Virus record (IMG/VR): IMGVR_UViG_3300024308_000016
Coordinates: 124,001 to 188,000 of that record
Reading direction: 5' to 3' (one strand)
DNA: 64,000 nucleotides
The translations under genes were made by a program, and so were the position numbers. The notes beneath the pieces are model-generated. The model was given only the letters and a program-made list of their open reading frames with translations. It did no database searches and had not been told where the DNA came from. Every line of letters starts with the position of its first letter. Position 1 is the first letter of the stretch. Shown here in pieces: positions 18,055 to 28,030 of this stretch.

Positions 18055-19446
18055 ATGCGTCTGCCTCGTCGAACGTTCGTCGACACTCTCGAATCCCAGA
18101 TCGCCTCGACGTACAAGCGACCTGGCTTCATCATGACCCACGAGGTGCTGGCCTTCCAAAACAACGACAAGTTCGGCCCGGATATGGAGGCATTGTGCCA
18201 GAAGTACCAGGCACTTATCGAGAGCGGTGCCTCGGCCAAGGTGGTCGCTTCTGACAAGGCCCTGAGCGAGGAGTTCTCCAAACTCATCTTTGACCGCTTC
18301 GGCCTAAAGGTGGAGCTCAAGGCCAACAGCCATCTGGCCGCGGTGATTCCCAACTTCTTCGTGCCCAACAACCCCATCACCTCGGACTACTTCCGAAACT
18401 ACGCTGAAGGCACCAAGAACCTGCCTGGCGCCAAGGAGCTGGCCAAGATGGTGGACAAGAACTTGGGCACTGTCAGTCTGCAGGCTGCCCGCGTCACAGG
18501 TTGGTTCTCCGAGCAATCCAGCCCCATCTTTATCAACTTCCATGCGCTGTTCAAGACGTACAAGTTGAGCCCCGCAGAAGTCACCGGCATCATCTTGCAT
18601 GAGATAGGCCATGTCTTCAACGCCATCGCCTTCCTCAACCGCCAGCACACTACCAATCGCATCATCGCCGACATCGCTCAATATCTGGGTGAGAAAAAGG
18701 AAAAAGCTGATGTGGACTACGTGTATCGGGAGATCAAGAAGCTCGACGAAAACGCCAGCCGTGATATCGCCGAGGGCATGGTCTCAGGCAACGCTCCTGT
18801 CATGGGCGTGGCTCTGTATCGCCTGGCCGTCGGCACCATGGGCTCACTTCTTCCCGACGACACCTACGACCGTGTTCAATTTGAGGCCATGAGCGATGTG
18901 TTCGCTTCTCGCTTCGGATACGGGGAAGCGTTGGTGTCTGGTCTGGAGAAGTTCGAGCAAAGCTATCCCGAGATCAAGATGGAGGCGCAGCGCGCCACGT
19001 TCCTCACGTTCTCAGCGGTGATCGGCACGCTGTACATGATCAGCTCTCTGATCTTGCTGTCGGCAGGCTCCATTTTCCTGGGCGGCTATCTAGCCATCAT
19101 GGCTGCGTTGGTCATCCGAGTGCTGGGCATCGTCACGGGCTCCCGAGGCAAGTTCAAGATCTACGACTCCATCCGAGACCGCTACATGCGTATACGCCAC
19201 CAGATCGTGGAGAACATCAAGGACCCTGAGATCTCCAACGAGCTCAAACAAAACATGCTCGCCCAGATCGCGTCCATCGATGCTGTCATGGAACAAAAGC
19301 AAAACTCGTCCTTCATCATGGACTCCTTCATGGACCTGATCAATCCTGCTGATCGCCGTGCCAAGGCTGGTGTCCAAAACCAGCAAAAGGTCGAAGCCAT
19401 GATCGCCAACGACTTGTTCGTGCAAGCGGCCAAGCTGCGTACGTAA
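18055..19446 (+). CDS. Virion-type zincin metallopeptidase-like protein with a hydrophobic segment
   Basis: Start moved to ATG 18055 (AGGAG upstream); ILHEIGH (HEXXH) followed by FEAMSDVFASRFGYG; about 45-aa hydrophobic stretch. Confidence 0.8.
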   Translation: MRLPRRTFVDTLESQIASTYKRPGFIMTHEVLAFQNNDKFGPDMEALCQKYQALIESGASAKVVASDKALSEEFSKLIFDRFGLKVELKANSHLAAVIPNFFVPNNPITSDYFRNYAEGTKNLPGAKELAKMVDKNLGTVSLQAARVTGWFSEQSSPIFINFHALFKTYKLSPAEVTGIILHEIGHVFNAIAFLNRQHTTNRIIADIAQYLGEKKEKADVDYVYREIKKLDENASRDIAEGMVSGNAPVMGVALYRLAVGTMGSLLPDDTYDRVQFEAMSDVFASRFGYGEALVSGLEKFEQSYPEIKMEAQRATFLTFSAVIGTLYMISSLILLSAGSIFLGGYLAIMAALVIRVLGIVTGSRGKFKIYDSIRDRYMRIRHQIVENIKDPEISNELKQNMLAQIASIDAVMEQKQNSSFIMDSFMDLINPADRRAKAGVQNQQKVEAMIANDLFVQAAKLRT

Positions 19447-19514
19447 ATACCGATCCTTGGGGCTTAACTGCCCCTTTGATCTTTTAGTCCCCCTTATACT
19501 GGAGTTACCTTCCC

Positions 19515-19997
19515 ATGCAAACCGCTTCCCCTGTCAATGGCCTGATGTTCAAACTGAACCAGGAAACCGTCGCCTATATCAACCAGCTGGTTGCCTCTGG
19601 TCGCAGCCGAGATCTGGAAGTGACGATCGCGCTGGCCATGGTTGCCTCCACGCTGCTGGCTGTGCCGTCGTCCCCTGTGCCCGATCCGGAAGCTTACTAC
19701 CGCTCGCAGGCGGGTGTGGCCTCCATCGATCTGGTCAGCTCCGTCAACTCCATGATGAGCGTGGACTACCGTCTGGCTCTGGAGCTGTGCCACAAGCTGT
19801 TCGCTCAACGCTACGAGATGGCCGCCATGCCCTTCCAGTCTTTCAGCATCGAGTGCAATGAGGGCGTGGAGTGCTTGTTTGGTCTGACCAAGCACCTGCC
19901 GGCATTCGTGCTCGAATGCATGTGCAAGAACTCCAAGACCATCGTGCGCCACTACCGTGCCCTGGAAGCGGTCAAGTGCGCGTTCACCAAGGAGTGA
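19515..19997 (+). CDS. Hypothetical (probable virion) protein
   Basis: 160 aa; GGAG SD; lies within the structural cluster. Confidence 0.75.
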   Translation: MQTASPVNGLMFKLNQETVAYINQLVASGRSRDLEVTIALAMVASTLLAVPSSPVPDPEAYYRSQAGVASIDLVSSVNSMMSVDYRLALELCHKLFAQRYEMAAMPFQSFSIECNEGVECLFGLTKHLPAFVLECMCKNSKTIVRHYRALEAVKCAFTKE

Positions 19998-20001
19998 AGC
20001 C

Positions 20002-21174
20002 ATGAGCCTGAACAACTGGAAGCCCAACTCCACCATGACGCTGGAGGACCTGGGCCTGGAGAATACCCCGCCTGTAGCTACGGAAAACCAAAGCGAGGAC
20101 AACAAGCCTTTGGTGGACCCACCCCCCACTGATGCCCCGGAAGCCATCGTCAATACCGACATGCGGCCCGATGCATCCACGGACACGTCGCTCAACGACG
20201 ATGAGATCAAGGAGCTGCCCCAGTGGGCGGTGAAGATCAACTTGATCGAAGAAGACGGCAACAAGCTCGTGGACATGAAGAAGGTCCGCGAGGACATCGA
20301 GACAGGCGGGCAGATGAACCAAGGTGTGGCCGAGACGATCGATGCCACGTTCGAGAAGTTCCTGTCTCCCGCGCGTCCCGTGCAAGGCTTCACCAAGAAC
20401 GACTCCAAGGTCGGCCTCTCAGCTGCTCAGTTCTTCATGAAGCAAAAGTTCCAAGCTTCTCTGGAAGCGCTGGGTCAGCGGCTGGAAGAATACATCGAGG
20501 TGGAGATGCCCCAGCTGCAAGATCAGCTGCAGGTCCTCAAGAACGATCAGTGCCATGACGTCTACACCCAGGTGCGCAAGACCATCTCGGATGTGGAAGA
20601 CGCTTCCTGCAAGCTCGCTGACGCTACCATCGTTTTGCCCTTCCAGGACCAGCAGTTCATCAATATCTTGTGCGATGACCTGTACAACGTGGACATCGAC
20701 AAGCTCGAACAAAGCGTGCCCCTGGACCAAAAGTTCAGGGAAAGTTTCTCCCGGATGCAGACCATCTGGAAGACCACGCCCACCGTCCGCAACATGGTGG
20801 TGGCGTTCGAGCAGTCCGCGGACACCGACACAGACCCGGAAACGCTGATCGTCGGAGACACCAAAGGGACTTTGGCGTTTGGGCTCACGCTCACTCGCCT
20901 GATGAAGGCTTACTCCTCTCGTCATGCCGACATCTTGTATGAATCGGCGCTCGCACAGTCCAGGCTGCTGGAAGACCAGATGGCCAAGGAAACCTTGGAA
21001 ATCCAAAACTGCCAGCCCGACGACTATCGCAACGTGGACTTCATCGCGTCTCGCACCGATCAACTCGCCGCCATCACCAACAGCGCTGTGTCCATCAAGG
21101 GTGCGCTGGAGTCGGTGGCTGAGTTCTCCCGCTGCCTGTCGTGTGTGCTGTGCGCACTCGCCTGCCTTGAATAA
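20002..21174 (+). CDS. Probable head protein with an acidic propeptide
   Basis: Start moved to ATG 20002 (GGAG upstream); acidic/Pro-rich N-terminus; SLE candidate cleavage site. Confidence 0.75.
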   Translation: MSLNNWKPNSTMTLEDLGLENTPPVATENQSEDNKPLVDPPPTDAPEAIVNTDMRPDASTDTSLNDDEIKELPQWAVKINLIEEDGNKLVDMKKVREDIETGGQMNQGVAETIDATFEKFLSPARPVQGFTKNDSKVGLSAAQFFMKQKFQASLEALGQRLEEYIEVEMPQLQDQLQVLKNDQCHDVYTQVRKTISDVEDASCKLADATIVLPFQDQQFINILCDDLYNVDIDKLEQSVPLDQKFRESFSRMQTIWKTTPTVRNMVVAFEQSADTDTDPETLIVGDTKGTLAFGLTLTRLMKAYSSRHADILYESALAQSRLLEDQMAKETLEIQNCQPDDYRNVDFIASRTDQLAAITNSAVSIKGALESVAEFSRCLSCVLCALACLE

Positions 21175-21184
21175 GGCGCCATAA

Positions 21185-21230
21185 GCATACTCACCTACCA
21201 GAGCCCCACAAGGGCTCTGGTAGGGGTATG
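21185..21230. terminator. CATAC...GTATG-bracketed hairpin between convergent genes
   Basis: CCTACCAGAGCCC-cacaa-GGGCTCTGGTAGG. Confidence 0.8.
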
Positions 21231-21240
21231 TGCCGTATGG

Positions 21241-24195
21241 CTACAGTTGATCGTCCACCGTGGGCTTGCGGCCTCGGTAGAAGTTCACCGTGACGTCTTC
21301 CCTGATGATGAAGGAGCCGTCTTGCTGGGCTTGCAAGATGCGTTTCAGGCAGAAACGATCTTCGTCCTTGAGCATATTGACCAGCTGCAAGTCCTGAGAG
21401 CCACCAAGGCCCTTGATGGACACAGCAGTGGCTACGTCACCGTACAGAGTCATCAGACCTGTAGAGGCTGTGGAGATCGCCACTTGCTGGGTAGAGATCC
21501 AGCTGTCCAGATACCGGATGGTCTTTTCCTCCAGGATCTGACGCTGCTCATTGTCGCGGTACACGTTGTCGGAGACGTACACGTCCACAGTCAGCGACTG
21601 GTCGGACTCCAAGCTCAGCTTGTTGCCCTCTCCGGTTTGCACGTTGATGATGCTCAGTTGGTTGGTGGGATAGAACAACACTTCCGTGCGCTCGAACGTG
21701 CGCTCGTTCAAGGTCATCATGTCCTTCAAGACCCAATTGACCACCACGTTGATGAATTCGGTGTTGTACTCCTTGAACGTCTCGTCCGTCACAAAGTAGT
21801 GACGGCCGTCCACGAAGAACATGTCGAACTCCCGGGTACCGACACGCGTGTAGTCCACCACCGGCTCACCGCCCTCTCGCACAGTCTCCCCGGCCCGGTG
21901 GGCATACATGATCTGCCCGTGTTCATCCCTGACCACCTCTCCTCGCTTGTACAGCAAATTGTAGTGGATCTTGCCATCGATGATCGAGATGCCAGAGCCC
22001 GTAGCTGGATCGATCTCATAGACGTCCTCCGGGTACTCCATGGGCACGTCGATAGTGTAGCGCTTGTATACCTCGGTGTCCGGGTAAGTGCGAGCGCGCG
22101 TCCACAGGCGTTTCAGGTAGTGGCCAAACGTCGCAGTGACCGTCTCGTGGGTGATGGCCGCCGATGGCGTGGGCAAGAACGTCAGCCCGATCATGTTTTG
22201 CGTAGCGTCGGGCTTGTAGATACCAGCCGGTATCGACGTGGTGGTGTGGAAGATGTGGATCTCCTGTTTCAGGTCCACCCACACCGGAGTCGGGATCTCC
22301 GAGTCGATCACACCGTTGGTCAGCTCGATCTGTTCGTTGGCGTCCAGGTCGTAGTTGGTGGTAAGCGTAAACGTGAAGATGCGCTCCCCGTCTTGAGTCC
22401 TTCCCGTTTGCACGCCGTTCCAGTACACGAAGCGACTGGAGTTCTTCAGTCGGATGCCGATCTGGGCATTGACTTCACTGTCTTCCAAGTTCTTGTAGTA
22501 CGAACCACTCTTGGTCTGGATGGTCAGCTGGTAGCCGTTGTCCAGTTTGGCCAAGTTGTACTGGCTGGTATTGACCACCAGCTGCAGTGTTGGGTTCTGG
22601 GTGATGAAGCTCAGATCAGTCGCTTTGGGGTCGTCGAGGTGGTAGGGCCGCAGCTCCAGCTCCAGGCCGGATGTGTCGACCACATAGTAGTAGGGCGAGT
22701 ACAGATACCGGTTCTTGTTGAGCAAGTTGGTCTTGGCCGTCGCTGTCATCACCTCGATGGCATCAACCTCTGCCTTGGTAAGGATCTTGATGATCCCTTC
22801 TTCGGAACGGTACAGGTTCTTGGACAAGAACGTAGTACGAGGCCCGTGGTTGATGATCCAGGGATGTGCCAGCTGGGATGGGTCGTCGGTCACATAGGTG
22901 GCGATGCCGATATTGGCCGATGTCATCAGGCGAGGATCGGACGGAGGAGGCAGACGCCGAGTGGCCAAGAAGATGCGGTCAGTGACCACATCCACGTGGG
23001 TGACCAGCTCAAAGCCCAGGTTCTCAGCAGCTGTCTTCATCTGCACGTTGGTGATCGGTACGTCAGGCTCGCCGACGGAGTTGTATATCACACGCTCGCG
23101 CATCTGGGTAAATGGGATCTCATCGGTGCCGCCGCTCATGGTGGCTGTGGAGATGAAAACAGCCGAGACGTGCAGCATCGCTGCTGTATAGGCGTTGGAG
23201 TCCTGGTTGGGATCGATGGGATTCATTTCCATCACGTAGTCGTTTGGCGAGTACGTCTCCATGCGGTATACAGCCGCACCCTTAGAGGTGTAGATGTCGA
23301 TGCGCAGCTCCCCCGTCAATCCCAGAGCGTTTTGGTAGATGGTCGGCAGCGATACCGTCAGCTCATTGCCCACCACCTTGAGCTTCATGGTCGGTGTAGT
23401 GGGATCATACACCGTAGGTGAATGGGTGGTGGCCATTTCCACCCAACCGTTGGTCAGCGATGAACGGTTCCAGCACCTGGCGTAGTAGAACTGGTCGGTG
23501 AACGGGATGGTGCGTGTGAAGTACTGACCCTGCTGGACGTTGCCAGAACTCGACGAGAAATCCACTTGCAGCATGGGTACCGTAAACCGGATCCAACGCT
23601 CAGCGGATGCTGGCTCGTTGATCAGCATGTACTCCAGCAAGTTGGTGGACAACTTTTGCAGGGGGCTCTCGATGGTGTTGTTGTACGTGATCTGGATGGA
23701 CTCCGAATCGAAGTACTTGATCTCGATCGGATACTGGAGCGTGAACTTCAGCGATCCCGCCACCGTGATCTGTGTGTCCCGAGGGATGGTGACCATCGAG
23801 TAGTCCAAGCCAGGTACCCGCACCATATGGGTTTGGAAGTCCGTAAAGCTCAGGTTGAACACGATCGGCACAGTCGCAGGAGAGCAAAACCGATTCAGGT
23901 ACTCCTTGTACGACATGTGGTTGTATAGCTGGGCGGGAGTCTCCGCCAGGATCGGGTATTGTTCCCGAAGCCCCGCGGTGTTCTCCATCACAGACGCCGA
24001 GTGGATGGAGGCGGCTGCTGACCACAGTGCTGCGATCGGGTTGGTCGCATCCACGAACTCCACCGTACCGCCCACGACCTCACTGATCATGTCCATGGAC
24101 GTCTGCAGCACCAACTGCGGGTTTCCCTTGGCAGCCATCACCTCCATCAGCATCGTGTTCAGGGGGATATTGCGCCGTGTTGGCAAATCAGCCAT
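21241..24195 (-). CDS. Large virion structural protein, probably baseplate (phiKZ gp87-like)
   Basis: 984 aa; beta-rich; ATMSGGTDE motif like baseplate wedge proteins; syntenic position. Confidence 0.8.
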   Translation of the reverse strand: MADLPTRRNIPLNTMLMEVMAAKGNPQLVLQTSMDMISEVVGGTVEFVDATNPIAALWSAAASIHSASVMENTAGLREQYPILAETPAQLYNHMSYKEYLNRFCSPATVPIVFNLSFTDFQTHMVRVPGLDYSMVTIPRDTQITVAGSLKFTLQYPIEIKYFDSESIQITYNNTIESPLQKLSTNLLEYMLINEPASAERWIRFTVPMLQVDFSSSSGNVQQGQYFTRTIPFTDQFYYARCWNRSSLTNGWVEMATTHSPTVYDPTTPTMKLKVVGNELTVSLPTIYQNALGLTGELRIDIYTSKGAAVYRMETYSPNDYVMEMNPIDPNQDSNAYTAAMLHVSAVFISTATMSGGTDEIPFTQMRERVIYNSVGEPDVPITNVQMKTAAENLGFELVTHVDVVTDRIFLATRRLPPPSDPRLMTSANIGIATYVTDDPSQLAHPWIINHGPRTTFLSKNLYRSEEGIIKILTKAEVDAIEVMTATAKTNLLNKNRYLYSPYYYVVDTSGLELELRPYHLDDPKATDLSFITQNPTLQLVVNTSQYNLAKLDNGYQLTIQTKSGSYYKNLEDSEVNAQIGIRLKNSSRFVYWNGVQTGRTQDGERIFTFTLTTNYDLDANEQIELTNGVIDSEIPTPVWVDLKQEIHIFHTTTSIPAGIYKPDATQNMIGLTFLPTPSAAITHETVTATFGHYLKRLWTRARTYPDTEVYKRYTIDVPMEYPEDVYEIDPATGSGISIIDGKIHYNLLYKRGEVVRDEHGQIMYAHRAGETVREGGEPVVDYTRVGTREFDMFFVDGRHYFVTDETFKEYNTEFINVVVNWVLKDMMTLNERTFERTEVLFYPTNQLSIINVQTGEGNKLSLESDQSLTVDVYVSDNVYRDNEQRQILEEKTIRYLDSWISTQQVAISTASTGLMTLYGDVATAVSIKGLGGSQDLQLVNMLKDEDRFCLKRILQAQQDGSFIIREDVTVNFYRGRKPTVDDQL

Positions 24196-24200
24196 AATTG

Positions 24201-25292
24201 TTAATCTCCAGATTCAAGAGCATAGACACCAGAAGAGTTCATCGTCTCGACAATAACTCGGGAGCGAGACTCATAAACTTCGCGCTTGACCCACCATTCA
24301 AAGTGGTTGTTGTCAGGATTGATGCGGGGGTAACCCACACCACGAAAGAACCGTTGTGTCACCTTGGACAGCTTGACCATGGCACTGTCGCGGTTGCGGT
24401 CTCGCATACCCGGACAAAAAGCACACACGGTGCCATTGAAAGCATAGATCAAGATTGGATCCATGATGATAAAGCCGTCACATTCAAAACTGATGTTCAG
24501 GTCTTTATTTTGATCGGAAAACGGAGTCTCCCGATTGTAGTCCGCCGCCACCGCCACAGAGTTCGAAGACGGCAAAGCTGCGCCTGTAGCGAAGATCTTG
24601 GTGACGCGCTCTTTTTGAGCATCAAGCACGATGCGGTAGATGCGGGTGTTGGTGTCGATATAGTCGTACGCTTCGAAGTCCGCATAGGGGCGCAGCTCCC
24701 CAAGGGTGGATACCGCTGACATATAGTACATCCAGTAATGCATCAGCTTGATGGTCGGATCACCGAACACGTTGCGCACGTTAGCCGTTACCGTGTATTT
24801 GCCATTGTTGCGGATGTTGCCATTGGGTTGAGTTCGCATGCCATTGTAGACGTCCGCTTTGGAAGTCTGAAACGTCATGGTCTCTTCCGGAAACCCCGTG
24901 ATGGTATTCAGGTTGTTGGTGAGGAACGGAATGAATGGGTTGTCGTTTTGCACCAACGGTGTGGCGTACTTCCTGGCTTCCGTATTCAGATACCTGTAGC
25001 CTGCGCCCAGTCGTGGATCCAACAGGCACCGGATCATGTACTCTTCGGTCAGAGGGTTGTTGCTCAGCAAGTCATACATGTTGCGGCAATTTCGCAAATT
25101 GTCGGACTGCATATTGAGCTGAGGCCTCGTGAAAAACACGAAGCCTTGGTTCTCTTTGCTGCGGGGAATTGGTTGCGGAATCTGGGAGCTATCGATACCT
25201 GCGGCGTTCAGGCCGATTGCTTTATCTAATGATCCGATACCACTCGCTACAAAGAGATCGTCGATGGAATAATCTACGATGCTATCAGCCAT
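24201..25292 (-). CDS. Virion structural protein (phiKZ gp88-like), possibly tube/baseplate fold
   Basis: Real start is ATG 25292 (MADSIVDY); the first 388 codons of the track ORF are an antisense shadow; ENQGFVFFTRPQLN...LLDPRL. Confidence 0.78.
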   Translation of the reverse strand: MADSIVDYSIDDLFVASGIGSLDKAIGLNAAGIDSSQIPQPIPRSKENQGFVFFTRPQLNMQSDNLRNCRNMYDLLSNNPLTEEYMIRCLLDPRLGAGYRYLNTEARKYATPLVQNDNPFIPFLTNNLNTITGFPEETMTFQTSKADVYNGMRTQPNGNIRNNGKYTVTANVRNVFGDPTIKLMHYWMYYMSAVSTLGELRPYADFEAYDYIDTNTRIYRIVLDAQKERVTKIFATGAALPSSNSVAVAADYNRETPFSDQNKDLNISFECDGFIIMDPILIYAFNGTVCAFCPGMRDRNRDSAMVKLSKVTQRFFRGVGYPRINPDNNHFEWWVKREVYESRSRVIVETMNSSGVYALESGD

Positions 25293-25334
25293 GGCGAAAA
25301 TGCCCCTTTCACATTCCAAAATTGGAGAAACGTC

Positions 25335-26414
25335 GTGAACCTGAATATGATTTCGTCCGCCTTCCAGCAGCTGGTGAAGTTCTACAACCAAGCTCAGCGC
25401 TATATGGGCCTGTACAAGGACACGTCCTTGGCGGACTTGACGCGGCTGACCAAGGTCGAGCCGCTGGTGGTGATCTCGCGTGACTGCATGGGCCTGGACA
25501 TCATGCCCGACCTCATGCTGGGCACTCTCAACTATACGATCTCCGATTACACCCAGGCCACCGAGATCCTGGGCAAAGTCAAGGACATCCAGGTCATCAA
25601 GACACTGGACAAGCTCAACCCCAACCGTGACTCCACCGGCATGCTGCTGATGGCGGAGGTCTCCAACGAGTCCATGACTCCTGCGGCGCTGAGCTTTTCG
25701 CTGCCCACCGAGACCAACGAAAGCCGCACGCTTACGGTGGAAGCCCGTGACAACTCCGCTGACTCCACGGTGCTGGCTGTGGGCAAGCAAGTGAACGTGT
25801 CGATCGCCATCAACACCGCCAACGGCGAAGAGCGCGTGGTGCAAGTGCCCATCGCCTTCCGGCTGATCCCGCGCTACGTCTCCAGTCCGCAGGTACAGCG
25901 CATCATCGGCTATGGTGTCGACGACACTGGCCTGATCGCACGCTTTCAGCGCGCCCGAGATGGCGGCATCGCTCCGTTCATGGACTTCATCATGGCGCAG
26001 GACCTGATCCAGGAAAAGCGCAAGGCCATGATCCAAGACGATTCCCGCGTGCTGCAGGAGATCATGACTCGCGTGGCCACCAACAAGCGCTACGGGCTGC
26101 TGACCAACAATCCCTCGCTGGTGACCCTGAGCAACATCTTCGTGATCACCGAAAGCGAGCAAAAGGCCCTGGAGTCGAAGTTCGGCGGCTCCATGCAGTC
26201 TGCGGCTGTGCGCAACCGTATGTTCGAGAACGTCTCGGCCTCGACCATCATCGTCGTCAACCGTGCCTGGAACATGGTGTACTTCTACCAGCGCGGCTTC
26301 GACTCCCCCAGCGAGATCTCGTTCAAGGAGCTGAAGGTCGGCGCCTCCAAGGCGCCTGATCTGATGGACCAGCTCAAGAGCTTCAACCTGGGTATGCCGA
26401 TCTCGATGGCGTAA
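25335..26414 (+). CDS. Head/inner-body protein (phiKZ gp89-like)
   Basis: 359 aa; GTG start with GGAG; TNE and TVE candidate cleavage sites; syntenic. Confidence 0.78.
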   Translation: MNLNMISSAFQQLVKFYNQAQRYMGLYKDTSLADLTRLTKVEPLVVISRDCMGLDIMPDLMLGTLNYTISDYTQATEILGKVKDIQVIKTLDKLNPNRDSTGMLLMAEVSNESMTPAALSFSLPTETNESRTLTVEARDNSADSTVLAVGKQVNVSIAINTANGEERVVQVPIAFRLIPRYVSSPQVQRIIGYGVDDTGLIARFQRARDGGIAPFMDFIMAQDLIQEKRKAMIQDDSRVLQEIMTRVATNKRYGLLTNNPSLVTLSNIFVITESEQKALESKFGGSMQSAAVRNRMFENVSASTIIVVNRAWNMVYFYQRGFDSPSEISFKELKVGASKAPDLMDQLKSFNLGMPISMA

Positions 26415-26434
26415 CCTTCGACCATAAGCTCTAA

Positions 26435-26470
26435 GCAGGTGCTGCGCAAGCAGCACCTGTTTCTTTTTTT
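26435..26470 (+). terminator. Intrinsic terminator
   Basis: GCAGGTGCTGC-GCAA-GCAGCACCTGT followed by a T-tract. Confidence 0.88.
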
Positions 26471-26496
26471 GTCTTACCTTCTAATTAGAGGCCATC

Positions 26497-27393
26497 ATGC
26501 TTGGAATCTTCGACTTCATCAAGAGTCTGTCTACCCGCATCGAGAAGAACACGCTGCTCGACGATGTGGACACCTCCATCCGGGAAATCAACAACTTCAC
26601 ACTGCCTGCGCTGCAAACGCTCGCTGAAGTCGAGAAGCTCACTCCCTTCACCAACGAGTTCGCCAAGAAAGCCGAGAATGGTCTGTACTCGGCCATTAAG
26701 TTCTCTCGCAAAGGCGGCAACTGGGTGCTCGATCTGCACGCCATGATCTCCAACGTGGGCATGAACCTGCAAAGCCTGCGCAAGATCGCCGACGATGCGC
26801 TGGAGCAAGACACGCTCAAGGATGCCATCACCGCCCGCGGCGCTCACGTCATCCGCGCAGCCTCGGCCATGAGCTTCCTCAGCCGCTATGCGTTCGAGAT
26901 GAGCGACTTCATCATGGCGCAGGAAGTGTCCTCGGTGGGTAAGGAAGCGGCTGACATCCCGCCCGCACAAGTCGAGTACATGAACAAGAAGCTCGACGAG
27001 TTCTTCCGGTTGCTGGCCGACTACTCCATCCCCAACAAGGACTTCATGAAGATCTTCGGGGATCTGCCCAGCATCTACCTGGACAAGGATGGCGAGAAGG
27101 CCAACTCCATGTTCTCGCGCATCGTTCTCGATCCGTTCAAGAACTCCATGAGCATGAGCGGCTTTCGCGGCAACCCCATTTACCACCTGCGGCTGCTGTG
27201 GACTGAATGGGAAGCCAAGCGCTACCACGCGGCCAAGGAGCGTCAGGTCATTCTGAACCTGCGCCTGATCCACCTGCGCAATCTGCAGGCCGACCAACCC
27301 AACATCCGCATCGAGCGCGAGATCGAAGGCGTGCAAAAGCGCCTGGACAACCTCGACCGCTGGATCCGTGATGTTGAACAATCCGTGGAGTGA
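26497..27393 (+). CDS. Head/inner-body protein (phiKZ gp90-like)
   Basis: 298 aa; NPIYHLRL...WEAKRY with a C-terminal coiled coil; syntenic. Confidence 0.78.
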   Translation: MLGIFDFIKSLSTRIEKNTLLDDVDTSIREINNFTLPALQTLAEVEKLTPFTNEFAKKAENGLYSAIKFSRKGGNWVLDLHAMISNVGMNLQSLRKIADDALEQDTLKDAITARGAHVIRAASAMSFLSRYAFEMSDFIMAQEVSSVGKEAADIPPAQVEYMNKKLDEFFRLLADYSIPNKDFMKIFGDLPSIYLDKDGEKANSMFSRIVLDPFKNSMSMSGFRGNPIYHLRLLWTEWEAKRYHAAKERQVILNLRLIHLRNLQADQPNIRIEREIEGVQKRLDNLDRWIRDVEQSVE

Positions 27394-27396
27394 CCG

Positions 27397-28017
27397 ATGA
27401 GCGTGCTCAAGTACCCGATCCTGCAGTCCGGTTTCGTGGCTTTCAGCGAGACCGGCCTGGTCAGGCCCAAGACCAGCCCTCCGACGTTCAGCGAGCAGAT
27501 CCTGTTTCGCCAAAAGAACCAGGAGTACGCTCCCTACTTCTACAGTGAGGACGTCACCAACGCCTTCAACGAGTGGCGGGGTATGCCGTACATCATCAAG
27601 AGCTTTGACTTCCAGGAAAAGATCCTGAAGCTCGCATTCGCCAGGTTCGGCCTGAACATCGGCGACTGGATGATGAACCAGTCCTACAAGCCGTCGTTCA
27701 CCTTCACGCACCGACAGTTCCTGGAGCTGATGCTGCCGTGGATGCAAAATGCAGACCTGGTGCAGGTCACTGACTCCAGCGAAGCACTGCGGTGGATCGG
27801 TATCATTGGCCCCTCCTCGGGTCACGAGGTGCTGTTCCCGCTGGGCGAGCTGTTGCAAAACCGTTTCGCCGGCGACACCTCCGTGATGCAGACCCAAGTG
27901 GCCGTGCGCAACTGGGTGCAGCATGAAGGCGGCTATGAAAGCCTCCTGACGTTTCTGTTCGCCATCTTCGGTGAGCGCACCAACCACATGCAGACGCCTC
28001 CGCGCTCTGTGAGCTGA
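27397..28017 (+). CDS. Conserved hypothetical virion-cluster protein
   Basis: 206 aa; operon with the neighbouring head genes. Confidence 0.72.
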   Translation: MSVLKYPILQSGFVAFSETGLVRPKTSPPTFSEQILFRQKNQEYAPYFYSEDVTNAFNEWRGMPYIIKSFDFQEKILKLAFARFGLNIGDWMMNQSYKPSFTFTHRQFLELMLPWMQNADLVQVTDSSEALRWIGIIGPSSGHEVLFPLGELLQNRFAGDTSVMQTQVAVRNWVQHEGGYESLLTFLFAIFGERTNHMQTPPRSVS

Positions 28018-28030
28018 CAGGGGACTCGCC

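Noticed and set aside
25293-26456. N-terminal half of the 751-aa minus-strand ORF 24201-26456
   Set aside because: It is the antisense of the real 25335-26414 gene; protein-like sequence begins at ATG 25292
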